Below are positions 37,435-48,050 of a stretch of DNA of 64,000 nt, one piece after another. Each line of letters opens with the position of its first letter. Position 1 is the stretch's first letter. The translations under genes were made by a program, and so were the position numbers. The notes below the pieces were generated by a model. The model was not told where the DNA came from. It was given only the letters and a program-made list of their open reading frames with translations, and made no database searches. The DNA comes from Promethearchaeota archaeon (GTDB taxonomy: Archaea; Asgardarchaeota; Lokiarchaeia; Sigyniarchaeales; SOKP01): positions 31,403 through 95,402 of the forward strand of contig JAHPZI010000019.1 in the NCBI GenBank assembly GCA_019058295.1. The letters run 5' to 3'.

Positions 37435-38373
37435 ATGGTGTCATTGAAAAATGTAATTGATGAAGAGATAGCTTGTCAAGAATGGTTTTTACCAGGAAAT
37501 TCTTGTTGCGCAGGATGTGGGCTTGAAATTGCACTTCGATGGGCGATGAAAGCTTTAGGACCGAAAACTGCTATGATAACCCCTGCAAGTTGCTTAAATG
37601 TAGTAATAGGATTATGGCCAAAAACAGCGCCTAATTTTTCTCAGTTTAATATGGCATTTGCAGCAGGAGCAGCAGCAGCTACGGGAGTTTCTGCTGCTTT
37701 TAAAGCAAAAAATTATAAGTTTCCGGGACAAGGATGGGATGAAATGGTTTCTATTTGTTTTGCAGGAGATGGAGGCACTACAGATATTGGGATTCAAGGA
37801 TTAAGTGGAGCTGCCGAAAGAAATTCAAATATCATATATGTGTGTTATGATAATGAAGCTTATATGAATACGGGAATTCAAAGATCTTCTTCAACGCCCC
37901 ATGGTGCACTAACAACTACAACTCCATTTGGTAAAGAAAGATATAAAAAGAATGTACCTGCTATAATGGCAGCCCATGAAATTCCCTATGTGGCAACTTG
38001 CTCTATAAGTGAGCCTTTAGATATATATGAAAAGTTCAAAAAGGCAAAATCGATTGAAGGATGTAAATATATACAAATCTTTGCCCCTTGTCCACCTGGA
38101 TGGGGATATTTAGCAGAGGAAAGCATTGAAATAGCGAGATTAGCAGTGAAAACAGGATTTTGGATTTTATATGAGATTGAAAATGGAGTATTAACGCTTT
38201 CAAAAAAGAGCAAATCTTTAGTAGATCCTAGCAAGAGAGTCCCAATCATTGAATATGTTTCAAAACAAAAGCGATTTGCAGGAATTTCCGAAAAAACCTT
38301 AATAGAGATACAAGAGCGCGTAGACCATGATTGGGAAAAAATTGTAGATCAATTAGAATGTCAATCTAGATAA
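37435..38373 (+). CDS. porB: 2-oxoacid:ferredoxin oxidoreductase beta subunit (TPP-binding)
   Basis: CAGCG, GDGG..DIG, DNEAYMNTGIQRS and PCPPGW motifs; ATG 37435 follows GGAGGTG. Confidence 0.95.
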   Translation: MVSLKNVIDEEIACQEWFLPGNSCCAGCGLEIALRWAMKALGPKTAMITPASCLNVVIGLWPKTAPNFSQFNMAFAAGAAAATGVSAAFKAKNYKFPGQGWDEMVSICFAGDGGTTDIGIQGLSGAAERNSNIIYVCYDNEAYMNTGIQRSSSTPHGALTTTTPFGKERYKKNVPAIMAAHEIPYVATCSISEPLDIYEKFKKAKSIEGCKYIQIFAPCPPGWGYLAEESIEIARLAVKTGFWILYEIENGVLTLSKKSKSLVDPSKRVPIIEYVSKQKRFAGISEKTLIEIQERVDHDWEKIVDQLECQSR

Positions 38374-38414
38374 TTTAAAATTTTTTTATTTTTAATGTAC
38401 CTTAATTTAAATAT

Positions 38415-39077
38415 ATGGGATTTTTAGTAAAGGTTTCAGGTAAGAGATTAGAGGATATTCAGATATTTCTTGAAGAAGCTGCTGATATTATTATATCTGG
38501 AGGTCTTCTAGGATTCCCAACAAATAGTGTTTATGGTCTTGGTGGAGATCCTTTAAATTTAGATTTAATTGAAAGGTTAAATAATATAAAATTTCGGGAT
38601 CGGAATAAAGGATTTTTATTATTAATTTCTGATATTGAAGAAGCGCATAAAATCGCTGAATTCAACGAAACTGCTAAAATCTTAGCTGAAAAATTTTGGC
38701 CAGGGCAATTAACATTAATCTTGAACAGAAAAGAGCCAAATATTATACCAATAGAAGTATCTGCAAATCGAAATACAATAGGACTACGTGTACCAGAGAA
38801 TGAAATTCTCTTAAAAATTTTACAAATTTTAAAATCTAAGGGACACTTTGGAGGAATTATTGGAACTTCAGCAAATTACTCAGGAGAGCCCCCCTCTATA
38901 AGTGGTGAAGAAATAGCTAAAAAGTTTTTAATGTCTATTGACTTTATAATTGATGGAGGTAAGTCTGAATCTAAGGTTCCTAGTACAATAGTGGATTGTA
39001 CAACTGAAAAATTAAAATTTTTAAGAATTGGAAAATTATCAGAAGAGGAAATAAAAAATAAATTATCAAATGATTAA
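38415..39077 (+). CDS. tsaC: Threonylcarbamoyl-AMP synthase (TsaC-type, no Sua5 C-terminal domain)
   Basis: FPT..VYGL, K.R, FWPGQLT, GLRVP, TSAN.SG and PSTIVD motifs. Confidence 0.92.
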   Translation: MGFLVKVSGKRLEDIQIFLEEAADIIISGGLLGFPTNSVYGLGGDPLNLDLIERLNNIKFRDRNKGFLLLISDIEEAHKIAEFNETAKILAEKFWPGQLTLILNRKEPNIIPIEVSANRNTIGLRVPENEILLKILQILKSKGHFGGIIGTSANYSGEPPSISGEEIAKKFLMSIDFIIDGGKSESKVPSTIVDCTTEKLKFLRIGKLSEEEIKNKLSND

Positions 39078-39101
39078 AATCAGATATAAAGTTGAATTTA
39101 A

Positions 39102-39632
39102 GTGAAAAATTTTAATCTATTGGTGTCCTCTTCGAGATATAACGAAACAAATGCTAAGGCAGAGTTATGGTTTATATTATTGATTTGCGGAGACAAATAT
39201 CCTATAATTTCAGATTTAGAATTTTCTGGATTAATCACAGCTTTAACAAGTCTAAATGCGAAAGAGGTAATTCAAAAAATAAAAAATATTTTGAATAATG
39301 ATCCAAACTTTTTTCAATATATTTTAAAAATAATTCCGATTGACTTTGTATGTCAGTCACAACCCTCTATTATAAAACAGATCGTTCAACAAAATTACAA
39401 AAGTTTTATTGATAAAAACGATACCTTCAGAATAACTTTAAAAAGAAGAAATCACGAATCTATTAATAGAAATAACTTAATTAATATTATCGCAGAAAAA
39501 ATTAATAATAAAGTTGACCTTGAGAATCCAAATAAAATAATAAGAATAGAAATTTTAGGAAATAGTTGCGGAATTACTTTTCTAAAACCTAGCGATATCT
39601 TAAAATTTAAATGTAAAACGTCTTTGGATTAG
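39102..39632 (+). CDS. THUMP domain protein (Tan1-like)
   Basis: FRITLKRR and KVDLENP.K.I.IEI motifs. Confidence 0.88.
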   Translation: MKNFNLLVSSSRYNETNAKAELWFILLICGDKYPIISDLEFSGLITALTSLNAKEVIQKIKNILNNDPNFFQYILKIIPIDFVCQSQPSIIKQIVQQNYKSFIDKNDTFRITLKRRNHESINRNNLINIIAEKINNKVDLENPNKIIRIEILGNSCGITFLKPSDILKFKCKTSLD

Positions 39633-39643
39633 AATAAGCAATC

Positions 39644-40261
39644 ATGGAAAAATTAAATAATTTTTTCGATAACCTTTTTGGGGTGGTGCCGGGGGGAGTA
39701 TTTGGATTAATTTCTATCTCTATAGGACTTTCTATTGATATTATTGGTCTTGTCATCTCAGGGTATAGCATGTATACCCATTCAGTAAGCTCGTTAAGTA
39801 TTGTTGGCTATCCAGTGGGATTGTTATTTAATATTGGATTGTTCTTTTCAGGTATATCTGCTGCTATATTTGATATCTATTTAGGCAAAATAATTAGTCG
39901 CGAAATTGTTAATGAAAAAGCAATAAAATTAACAGTCGCAATCTCGGTTGTTTCTAGCTTTTCTTTGTCACTTGTTGGTCTTTTTCCTTTAAGCCAAGAG
40001 AATTATACGATATTGGTTTTACATTTAGTTTTTGCCTTTACAGCATTTATAGGCGGATTAATATTTATTTTCCTTTACAGTTTGTTTATGTTAAAAGATC
40101 CTAAATTTTTGAAAATATTAGCTTATAGTGGATTTGTAGTGTGTGGATTTTTTGCATTCTTCTTATTTACACAATTTCCAATAGCAGAATGGCTGGCTGT
40201 TTTTGCAATTATATTATGGACACTAATCAATGCATCATACATGATCTATAAAAAAATTTGA
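39644..40261 (+). CDS. DUF998-like membrane protein
   Basis: YS....VS.L, FN.GL, GLFP, H..FA..AF and EW motifs. Confidence 0.75.
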   Translation: MEKLNNFFDNLFGVVPGGVFGLISISIGLSIDIIGLVISGYSMYTHSVSSLSIVGYPVGLLFNIGLFFSGISAAIFDIYLGKIISREIVNEKAIKLTVAISVVSSFSLSLVGLFPLSQENYTILVLHLVFAFTAFIGGLIFIFLYSLFMLKDPKFLKILAYSGFVVCGFFAFFLFTQFPIAEWLAVFAIILWTLINASYMIYKKI

Positions 40262-40302
40262 AAGACATGTAGAATTAAAATATTAAATAAAAATTCCTTG
40301 AA

Positions 40303-40947
40303 TTAATCTGCTTTAATTTTTTCTAAGCTTAAGAAGGCCATTTTTTCACAAATTAAATCGTATATCGCTAAAAATAAGTTATTAAGGTTATTAGCTATTA
40401 GATCGGTATTAAATTCCTCTACTCCGTAAGAATTTAACACAGAATTAATTTGATTATCTGAAATTTCGAAATATGACTTGATTTGATTAAATTTTTTAAG
40501 GTTCTGGTGATTTATAGTTAGTTCGATCTCGTTTGCTCCCAATGATTCTAAAACTTCCTCATTAATTTTATTTAAATTGTTCTCGTTTGAAATAATGACA
40601 TAACTAATTATCTTATCTGACTTTAAATTAATTCCAAATGCTTCAAGTGCGTTTTTAATTTGCCTATTAGTTGCTAAATACAATAATAATTCAATATTTT
40701 TTCTTTTTGAAATATTAGTTTTATCAGTAAAGGCCTTTTGTGTGTAATAGCATGCTGTAAAAATATGATCCTGGTTTAAAATATACTTATCGGAAAAAAA
40801 TTGTATAGTAGAATTTTTATGATTATTTTGAATTTTTTCAGTTAGGTTAAGTATAGAATCTAATGTGATATCGAAGATCCCTATTTGATTAATTCCTACT
40901 AAGTATTTTAAGTTCAAATCACTGATATAGAAATTTTTAACAATCAT
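40303..40947 (-). CDS. cgi121: KEOPS complex subunit Cgi121
   Basis: HI..A......AF....NIS....IELLLYL...RQI..AL..FG pattern. Confidence 0.88.
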   Translation of the reverse strand: MIVKNFYISDLNLKYLVGINQIGIFDITLDSILNLTEKIQNNHKNSTIQFFSDKYILNQDHIFTACYYTQKAFTDKTNISKRKNIELLLYLATNRQIKNALEAFGINLKSDKIISYVIISNENNLNKINEEVLESLGANEIELTINHQNLKKFNQIKSYFEISDNQINSVLNSYGVEEFNTDLIANNLNNLFLAIYDLICEKMAFLSLEKIKAD

Positions 40948-40966
40948 AATATCTCAATTTTAAAAT

Positions 40967-41734
40967 CTAAACTGGTAAGGTAAAATGCAACCATTCTGGC
41001 ATTACTCCAAATTGAATTCGAACGAATATTACAAATATTAGAAGTAAAAATAAATAAATCGTAAATACCCAATCTTTTCTTGAATATTTTATAGTGTAAT
41101 AATATGAGCGATCTTCAGTACTTCCAAACGCTCTTGATTCTAGAGCTTCGGCCACATTAAAAGCCCTCTTTATTGAACAAATTATTAGTGGAACCAATAA
41201 AGGGAAAAGATTTTTTATTTGATTGATTAGACCTTTTTGTTGCATTTCATAACCTCTACTTTGTTGAGCATCTATAATATTTTGCGCTTCTATTGCAATG
41301 GTAGGGACAAATCTAAAAGCTAAAGAGAAAGAAAAAGCGTATGGATATGGTACTTTCATAGATATTAAAGAAAGTGCTAAATCATTAGGATGGGTCGTTA
41401 AAAAAAATATTGAAAAAGCTGTAATCATAATACATATTCTAAGTATCATTGCTATAGCGTAAGACAATGATAAAAAGTAAGTATTTAGAACAATGATTAA
41501 AAGTATCATAAATGAGAGCCCACGAATGCTTTTAATCCACTCTTTTACCATTCTGCCTAGAAAAATTAAAGGAATCAAACTTAAAAATATTAAAAACAAT
41601 GGTACGATGTCTACAAATAGCAAACCACTAATAGAATACACAATAGCACACAATAATTTTACTCTAGGATCGAAATTATGGACTAATGTATTTTTTTTTT
41701 GAAATTTGAACGCTTGGAGAAATTCTAAGGACAT
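40967..41734 (-). CDS. ecfT: ECF transporter transmembrane component T
   Basis: DPRVK, RFVP, AQQSRG and ALESRAF motifs. Confidence 0.93.
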   Translation of the reverse strand: MSLEFLQAFKFQKKNTLVHNFDPRVKLLCAIVYSISGLLFVDIVPLFLIFLSLIPLIFLGRMVKEWIKSIRGLSFMILLIIVLNTYFLSLSYAIAMILRICIMITAFSIFFLTTHPNDLALSLISMKVPYPYAFSFSLAFRFVPTIAIEAQNIIDAQQSRGYEMQQKGLINQIKNLFPLLVPLIICSIKRAFNVAEALESRAFGSTEDRSYYYTIKYSRKDWVFTIYLFLLLIFVIFVRIQFGVMPEWLHFTLPV

Positions 41735-41749
41735 TTTGCTATTTTCACC

Positions 41750-42604
41750 CTAGACTTTTGTGGATTTGTTTTTTAAATAATTTGTAAGAAAATGGGTCAT
41801 TTCACTTTTAGAATTTATGTCTTCTGGGCATTGAACTCCCATTTCGTTTAACGCTATATTAAGCTGTCTTATCTGCGGCAAAATTAGAGAGGATGTCTCC
41901 ACTAAGAATTCGTTGGTTAATACTTTGTCTGTTTGTCCATCTGCAATGATGCTCCCATTTACCATTAATATTGTCCGAGGGATATATTCTATTGCGAATT
42001 CTATATTATGGGTGACTATTATAATAGTTTTTCCTCTATCTTTTTCTTTATTAATTAAATTAACAAAGAAGTCGATTTCGTTAGCGTCTTGGCCTAAAGT
42101 AGGTTCATCAAACACTAGTATCTCCGGATCCCTACAAAATATTGATGCTAGTGCTAATTTTTTTGTTTCTCCACCTGATAGATTTAGAGGTGATCTCTCC
42201 TTATATTTATTTAAATTAAATCTGTTTAATACATCATTAGTTCTATTTTGGATTTCTTCTTTACTTAGATTAAGACTTTTTAAGGAAAATTTTATTTCTT
42301 CTTCAACAGTATTAGAGAATACTTGATGGTATGGATTTTGAAAAATTATTCCTACTTTTTTAGATGTTGTACCTATATTTTTAGACTTAATATTTTCGCC
42401 ATCGATATAAACATTGCCTTTTAATGGCCTAATAAGACCATTTAACGTCCTAATTAGTGTAGTTTTACCAGCTCCATTCATTCCCATAATTCCAACTAAT
42501 TCTCCTTTGTAAATATTCAGGTTAATTTGTTTTAAAGCCATAGTTCTATTTGGGTAAGTGTAATCCACATCTTTTATTAAAATTATAGGTAATTCTTCAG
42601 ACAT
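41750..42604 (-). CDS. ecfA: ECF transporter ATPase A'
   Basis: GMNGAGKTT, FQNP, LSGGE, DEPT and TH motifs. Confidence 0.93.
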   Translation of the reverse strand: MSEELPIILIKDVDYTYPNRTMALKQINLNIYKGELVGIMGMNGAGKTTLIRTLNGLIRPLKGNVYIDGENIKSKNIGTTSKKVGIIFQNPYHQVFSNTVEEEIKFSLKSLNLSKEEIQNRTNDVLNRFNLNKYKERSPLNLSGGETKKLALASIFCRDPEILVFDEPTLGQDANEIDFFVNLINKEKDRGKTIIIVTHNIEFAIEYIPRTILMVNGSIIADGQTDKVLTNEFLVETSSLILPQIRQLNIALNEMGVQCPEDINSKSEMTHFLTNYLKNKSTKV

Positions 42605-42622
42605 TTAGACCATCGTTCATTT

Positions 42623-43462
42623 TTAATTCATATTTTTAAGATATTTTATTGTTTCGAGAATTGAAGTCGGAATCTTATCATTATAGAGTTTTTCTTTTTT
42701 CAATTGGTTGAATATTGAATATATCACAGGTTTATTTATAATTAGATTTTGAAAGGTATCTTTATTGATTATATTATCTTTAGTATCATGCTCAAGGATT
42801 TTGCCTTCCGAAATTAAGATAATTTCATCAGCTACAGGTAGAACTAAATCCATGCGATGTTCACTAATTATTATCGTAGTTCCTTTCTCAGTTTGAATTT
42901 TTTTTAATAAATTAATTATTTTTTTAGCCATCATAGGATCTAGCAATGAAGAGGGCTCATCCAATATAAGAACCTTGGGGGCTAATACTAAGATTGATGC
43001 AATGGCCACTCGTTGTTGTTCTCCACCGCTTAATTCAAAAGGAGCTCTATCTAATAGATGTTCAATTTCAGTTAATTGGATAACTTCTTTAATTTTTTTA
43101 TTCATTTCTTCACGAGGCATTCCTAGATTCTCCATGCCAAAGGCAATTTCGTGTTCTACATTCATTGAAATTAATTGGTTCTCAGGATTTTGAAACACAA
43201 TCCCTATTTCCGTAGATAAATCAGGAATGGGTGTTTCAACTGTATCTTTTCCATTTACTTCTACACTTCCTTTATAAAATCCAGCATAAAATTGTGGAAT
43301 TAATCCATTCATACTCCTAATTAAAGTGGTTTTACCTGAACCAGTAGCTCCTGCTAGTAGAATGAACTTATTCTTTTCAATCTTTAAATTAAGATTATTT
43401 AACTGGTAAGTCTCGTTTTTCTTGTACCGAAATGAAAAATTATTATATTTTATTAAACTCAT
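42623..43462 (-). CDS. ecfA: ECF transporter ATPase A
   Basis: GATGSGKTT, FQNPENQ, LSGGEQQR, DEPS and EHR motifs. Confidence 0.93.
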   Translation of the reverse strand: MSLIKYNNFSFRYKKNETYQLNNLNLKIEKNKFILLAGATGSGKTTLIRSMNGLIPQFYAGFYKGSVEVNGKDTVETPIPDLSTEIGIVFQNPENQLISMNVEHEIAFGMENLGMPREEMNKKIKEVIQLTEIEHLLDRAPFELSGGEQQRVAIASILVLAPKVLILDEPSSLLDPMMAKKIINLLKKIQTEKGTTIIISEHRMDLVLPVADEIILISEGKILEHDTKDNIINKDTFQNLIINKPVIYSIFNQLKKEKLYNDKIPTSILETIKYLKNMN

Positions 43463-43500
43463 AGAGAATTGACGTTTTCTTGATGTGAATATAAATTATA

Positions 43501-44499
43501 TTACTTACTTAAAGATTGCTTTACTTTTTCAATTAGTATAGCTAATAATTCTTCTAATCCTTCATTACCTTGTATTGCGGCTGCGCCATCATGACCACCT
43601 CCAGATATTTCATCATCAGACAATTCCTCTAAAATTTTACCTAAATGTAAGCCAGTTTTCAAACAAACATATTTTTTTGCTCTCGTACTGATTCTATACC
43701 CCGATTTTTTCTCTGAATATGCAACACCTACATCAAAACCTATTTTAATTAATGAAGAAGCTACGCTTGCTTCAAAACTTCCAACATTAGTTATTCCAAT
43801 TAGCCAATTCCCTTCCTGAATTAACTGAACTCTTTGTAATGCTTTTATTTTTGCTATTTTTTCAGGAATGGTTTTATCATTCTTTAATGTTGATTGTATT
43901 TCTTGATAATCTAGTTGATTACTTAATAATTTTGAAATTCGCAATATTGTATCATTATTTCCATGCTTAAAAAACCCAGAATCAGTTAAAATTGCGGCAA
44001 TGAGAAGATATTTGTAGGGTAACGTTAATTCTACATTATAATATTCACACAATTCGTATATAATTTCCGCAGTTGAACTATATTTATCGTCTATAATGTT
44101 CAAAGATATATTCCTTTTATCATTCTTTTTCAATTTTAAGTGATGGTCAATAAAGATAATTGGAATTACCGAATTATTAATATCTGGAATTGCCACTTGA
44201 TCTAAATTATTAGTATCTAAAATTAAAAATATGTCAATCTTTAAAGTCTTAAACTCAATTTCTAAGGGGATTGTAATATTAGGAAATTTTTCTGTAAATT
44301 TTTGAATAAACCCTTTTGTAGATTTTGAGATTTCTGGTAAAAATAAATGAACATCGGCGGAACTAATAAATCGATTGAGAAAAAATTTTAAAACCAAGCA
44401 GGATGCTAATCCATCAATGTCTACTAGCTCGTGAGTTGTTAATAAAATTTTTTTACCTTTCAAAAAAAGTTTTAAATCTTCAAATTTGGAATTTAACAT
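43501..44499 (-). CDS. DHH/DHHA1 family phosphoesterase
   Basis: H...D.DG, LDT, DHH, TDSG and GGGH..AA motifs; ATG 44499 preferred. Confidence 0.9.
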   Translation of the reverse strand: MLNSKFEDLKLFLKGKKILLTTHELVDIDGLASCLVLKFFLNRFISSADVHLFLPEISKSTKGFIQKFTEKFPNITIPLEIEFKTLKIDIFLILDTNNLDQVAIPDINNSVIPIIFIDHHLKLKKNDKRNISLNIIDDKYSSTAEIIYELCEYYNVELTLPYKYLLIAAILTDSGFFKHGNNDTILRISKLLSNQLDYQEIQSTLKNDKTIPEKIAKIKALQRVQLIQEGNWLIGITNVGSFEASVASSLIKIGFDVGVAYSEKKSGYRISTRAKKYVCLKTGLHLGKILEELSDDEISGGGHDGAAAIQGNEGLEELLAILIEKVKQSLSK

Positions 44500-44503
44500 A
44501 TAC

Positions 44504-44866
44504 TTAAGCGGCCTTATTTTGCAAATCTGACTGAATAGATTTACGGAGCGATTCAATTTGCCCTTTAGTCCTCTGGACTTTAGACTCTATAGTTTTGAGC
44601 CTCATTTCCAGGGTTGTCTTTAGCGACTTTTTTTCTTCAAGAAGCCTATTTTTTTCACTTTTTACTAAAATCCCACCTATTGATTTGTAAACGACCTCGT
44701 CAGGATTGATCTTTTCGAGTTCTTCGATAGCTACTTCTGCCTCTCTAGTAGCACTCTCGAGCTGTATTTTTTGATTTGTTAGAAATTCCATTGTCGTCGA
44801 TAGATTTTGTAAATTCATGACTTTTTTTTTTAATTCTTCATCAAGGTCATCAAGATTTATGCTCAT
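44504..44866 (-). CDS. pfdB: Prefoldin beta subunit
   Basis: Coiled coil with VYKSIGGILVK hairpin; expected superoperon position. Confidence 0.95.
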   Translation of the reverse strand: MSINLDDLDEELKKKVMNLQNLSTTMEFLTNQKIQLESATREAEVAIEELEKINPDEVVYKSIGGILVKSEKNRLLEEKKSLKTTLEMRLKTIESKVQRTKGQIESLRKSIQSDLQNKAA

Positions 44867-44923
44867 AATTTTTCAATATTTATATTTTTTATAATAAATT
44901 TAACACGATAAGTTATATATTCT

Positions 44924-45187
44924 TTACTCGCAAAGCCCCAAAGAATTTTCTACGATCCTAGAAAAACCTATAATATCGCTTATTGAGGCTCGAAATGCAG
45001 TGATATCACTGCTTTCTATATGAAATATTAATAGATTCTCTTCTTTTTCCATCTTTATTTTAGATCGTTTAGTGTTTAATTTATCTAATTCGGGCAAAAA
45101 TGAGTTATAAGAAATGTCTCGAGTTTTAGAATCTATAAATTTTAGTTCAACAGTTGCTTTTATGGTAAATGGGTTGTTTTGATTCAT
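44924..45187 (-). CDS. pcc1: KEOPS complex subunit Pcc1
   Basis: S..PE, RS and I.S.D.TAFRAS motifs; position after rpl37ae. Confidence 0.9.
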   Translation of the reverse strand: MNQNNPFTIKATVELKFIDSKTRDISYNSFLPELDKLNTKRSKIKMEKEENLLIFHIESSDITAFRASISDIIGFSRIVENSLGLCE

Positions 45188-45474
45188 TATTCTTCAATAA
45201 CTTCTAATTCTCTTTGCTTTCTCTTTGCAATCCTGAATGACTCTACTCCTCGAGGAGTTTCTATGTAATATGCACCTCCGGTAAATTTGGCGTCGCATTT
45301 CTTACAATGCCAGATACCCGTAGAAATTCTATGGACAGAACCTTTTGTTTGACATCGAGGGCATTTAATTTTTTGTTTCATTTTTTCCATGATTTGGCGA
45401 TATCTCTTCCTGACCACCGAACCATAACGGGCTTGAAATTTTCCACTAATCCCGACTTTTTTAGTTTTCCCCAT
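45187..45474 (-). CDS. rpl37ae: 50S ribosomal protein L37ae (eL43)
   Basis: TKKVG..GKF.ARYG, CPRC and GIWHCKKC..FTGGAY. Confidence 0.97.
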   Translation of the reverse strand: MGKTKKVGISGKFQARYGSVVRKRYRQIMEKMKQKIKCPRCQTKGSVHRISTGIWHCKKCDAKFTGGAYYIETPRGVESFRIAKRKQRELEVIEE

Positions 45475-45586
45475 TTATGCATCAAGTTTAAATTAAGACT
45501 GTTAATAATCTATTAAAAACACAATAAAATAAAAATTTTAAGGAAAATATTAGAAATATTAAAATCTAAATAAAAATAAAAAAAAA

Positions 45587-46420
45587 TTATTCATTATTAG
45601 CTTTGTATTGCCAAAGATTTAAGTCCTTTCTTAATTTTTTACCTATTTCTAGTGATTTATTACATAACATTTTGATTTCATCAAAAGAGAACGTTGCTAT
45701 TCCACTTTTTTGTATACTAGTTATTTTTTCTTCAGTAGAGGATATGGATATCCGACCATCACAAACTAATTCTTCTGGCAAATCTGGATCAAGAAAAATG
45801 ATATCATCAATTTTTCCATAAGTAATTACCAAAGGTAATTCATTAACTATATCTTTTCCAGTAAAATATCCACCTGTCCATTCAACATCTTCGCCATTCC
45901 ATTTCCCTTCAGGAAGTTGGGCTGAAATTAACGTAGTTAAAGCGCTTACGCCTCCACAATCGATTAAATTTCCTTCATAATTTATTACATACATATCAAC
46001 AAATAAAATGTAAACTGCTTTTTCTGCTTCTATGCACAATTTTTTTGTTTGAACACAATCCGCATGTCGAATTCCCCGATCTACCACACGAGCTAATTCA
46101 ATTGATTGTTCATCTGGAGGCCCTCTCTCAAATAAAGGAGATGCCAAGGGTATTAACTCTGCCATAATTGTACAAACACCTTCATCAGGTAAATCAGGAA
46201 AAGGCGTCCCTATATCGTATTTTAATCCAGTTATAATTCTAGTTTCACCTAATGAGACATCAGCTGACCCTTCTGCTGATGCAACAAAATTGGGCGTTAT
46301 TTTGAATTCACGATAATCCCATAGCCCTCGACCATCAAATCGTTCTTCCTTTTTTAAATTATTCTTTATATATTTGCGTTCAATTGTAGATATTACCCGT
46401 TTTACATCCATCATCTTCAA
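45587..46420 (-). CDS. rrp42: Exosome complex component Rrp42
   Basis: R.DGR, AEGSA, PFPD.P and GPPDE.SIELARVVDRGIR motifs. Confidence 0.96.
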   Translation of the reverse strand: MKMMDVKRVISTIERKYIKNNLKKEERFDGRGLWDYREFKITPNFVASAEGSADVSLGETRIITGLKYDIGTPFPDLPDEGVCTIMAELIPLASPLFERGPPDEQSIELARVVDRGIRHADCVQTKKLCIEAEKAVYILFVDMYVINYEGNLIDCGGVSALTTLISAQLPEGKWNGEDVEWTGGYFTGKDIVNELPLVITYGKIDDIIFLDPDLPEELVCDGRISISSTEEKITSIQKSGIATFSFDEIKMLCNKSLEIGKKLRKDLNLWQYKANNE

Positions 46421-47187
46421 TCTTCCCCTCCTTTTTCATTTTCAATATTTTTCTGAATTGAAATATATTTATCCTTCAAAGTATTTACTTGAATCTCATA
46501 TATTTTCTCTGCGGCTTCTTTAGCATCTTTTAATACTGTATCTAATTCTGCTAAATCCATGTCTCCATCAAATTGTAATAATGAAATCTCGTCATTAAAC
46601 CATGTAATTGCAATGGGAAGATCTGCTTCTCCTGCTTTATCTTCTATTCCCGAGAGATCAACAACTAATTCACCATCAATTTTTCCAACAGCAAGGGCAG
46701 TTACCAAACTTTTCATTGGAATACCAGCATCAGCTAATGCCAAGGAAGCAACGGTCGTACTAGCGCATCTTGTTCCTCCGTCAGCGTCTATTACTTCGAT
46801 AAAAATTTCAAACGCAGTTCCCGGATAGAGTTCGAGAAATAAAACAGGTTCCAAACAATCTGCAATAATCATTGAAATCTCCTTTTCTCGGCGACCAGGA
46901 GCAGGTCTTTTTCTATCAAAAACAGAATAAGTTGCCATTCTGTAGAAAACACGCAAGACCCCTCTATCAGGTTTTGATAAATGATGAGGGTGCACTTCTC
47001 TTGGGCCAAAAACAGCGGCAAATATTTTATTATTGCCCCATTCGATATATGCACTACCATCCGCATTCTTTAAAATATCAACTTCCATTTTAATAGGTCT
47101 TAACTCTTTTTTATCCCTACCATCAAGCCGCTTGCCATTTTCTTGAAATAGCTTCTCGGGATATTCATCTTTAATCAATAACACCAT
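46417..47187 (-). CDS. rrp41: Exosome complex exonuclease Rrp41
   Basis: RLDGR, ADGSAY, GPRE.HP, RRE.EIS and DGGTR motifs. Confidence 0.97.
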   Translation of the reverse strand: MVLLIKDEYPEKLFQENGKRLDGRDKKELRPIKMEVDILKNADGSAYIEWGNNKIFAAVFGPREVHPHHLSKPDRGVLRVFYRMATYSVFDRKRPAPGRREKEISMIIADCLEPVLFLELYPGTAFEIFIEVIDADGGTRCASTTVASLALADAGIPMKSLVTALAVGKIDGELVVDLSGIEDKAGEADLPIAITWFNDEISLLQFDGDMDLAELDTVLKDAKEAAEKIYEIQVNTLKDKYISIQKNIENEKGGED

Positions 47188-47189
47188 AA

Positions 47190-47963
47190 TTATTCAATAC
47201 CTCTATTTTTTTTTTCATTTTCTATAAATAATTGCATTCTATCAGTCAATCCCGTTGTATGTGCTTCCCTCTCAATTTTATATATTGCTTCAATAAGAAG
47301 ACGCTCATATGCGATATTATCACCTTTTATCCAAATACGCCCATTTTGAGTTACGAAAATATTACATTTAGTCAAGTTCTTTAACATCTTAATCATGCTC
47401 CCATTTCTCCCGATTAATCTTGGTATTTTAGGAGGATCTATTGAAATCACAATACCACCATTTTTTTTTCCAAGATATTTTCCAATTGTAGTTAATTCGG
47501 GCTTGTTCAGGCGATCTGCTGAAAGAACTTTTACAATTAAAATATCTCCAATATCAAATCTTTCAGTGCTCAATTCTTCTCGTTCATAATTCCGTTTTCC
47601 AATTCGCGACTTCATTCTTTTAACCGTATTTCTTGGCTTAAGTTGAGCAAAATCTTTTGAGTTTATATCACATTTGTATTTTACAGGATTTTTATCGACT
47701 ACGATTGCAATAATTTTATCTCCTGGTTGAGGAGTATAAATCCCTCTTAGCGGGATAACATTAATATAATTTTTATTAATGTTTTTTAAACCTATATGCA
47801 AAGAAATAATTTTTGTTTTGTCTTTATTGAAAATTGTGCCTCTTCCGGGTATAAAATCTTGGACATCTTCGGTTAAAACTTCACCAGGTACAACAAGTTC
47901 ACGAGATGTTTCTTCATCCTCAAATTCGTCATTTTCCTGGGTTACTTGTTCTTCCTCTTCCAT
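47190..47963 (-). CDS. rrp4: Exosome RNA-binding cap protein Rrp4
   Basis: VVPGE, an S1 domain, and a KH domain (IPRLIGRNGSMI, QNGRIW). Confidence 0.96.
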   Translation of the reverse strand: MEEEEQVTQENDEFEDEETSRELVVPGEVLTEDVQDFIPGRGTIFNKDKTKIISLHIGLKNINKNYINVIPLRGIYTPQPGDKIIAIVVDKNPVKYKCDINSKDFAQLKPRNTVKRMKSRIGKRNYEREELSTERFDIGDILIVKVLSADRLNKPELTTIGKYLGKKNGGIVISIDPPKIPRLIGRNGSMIKMLKNLTKCNIFVTQNGRIWIKGDNIAYERLLIEAIYKIEREAHTTGLTDRMQLFIENEKKNRGIE

Positions 47964-48050
47964 TTATATCACCTCTTATTCTCTATATTAAATCCACTCT
48001 AATTTAATCTAAAAAAAATAATGTAATAGAAGAAAATTAAAAATTTCTGT

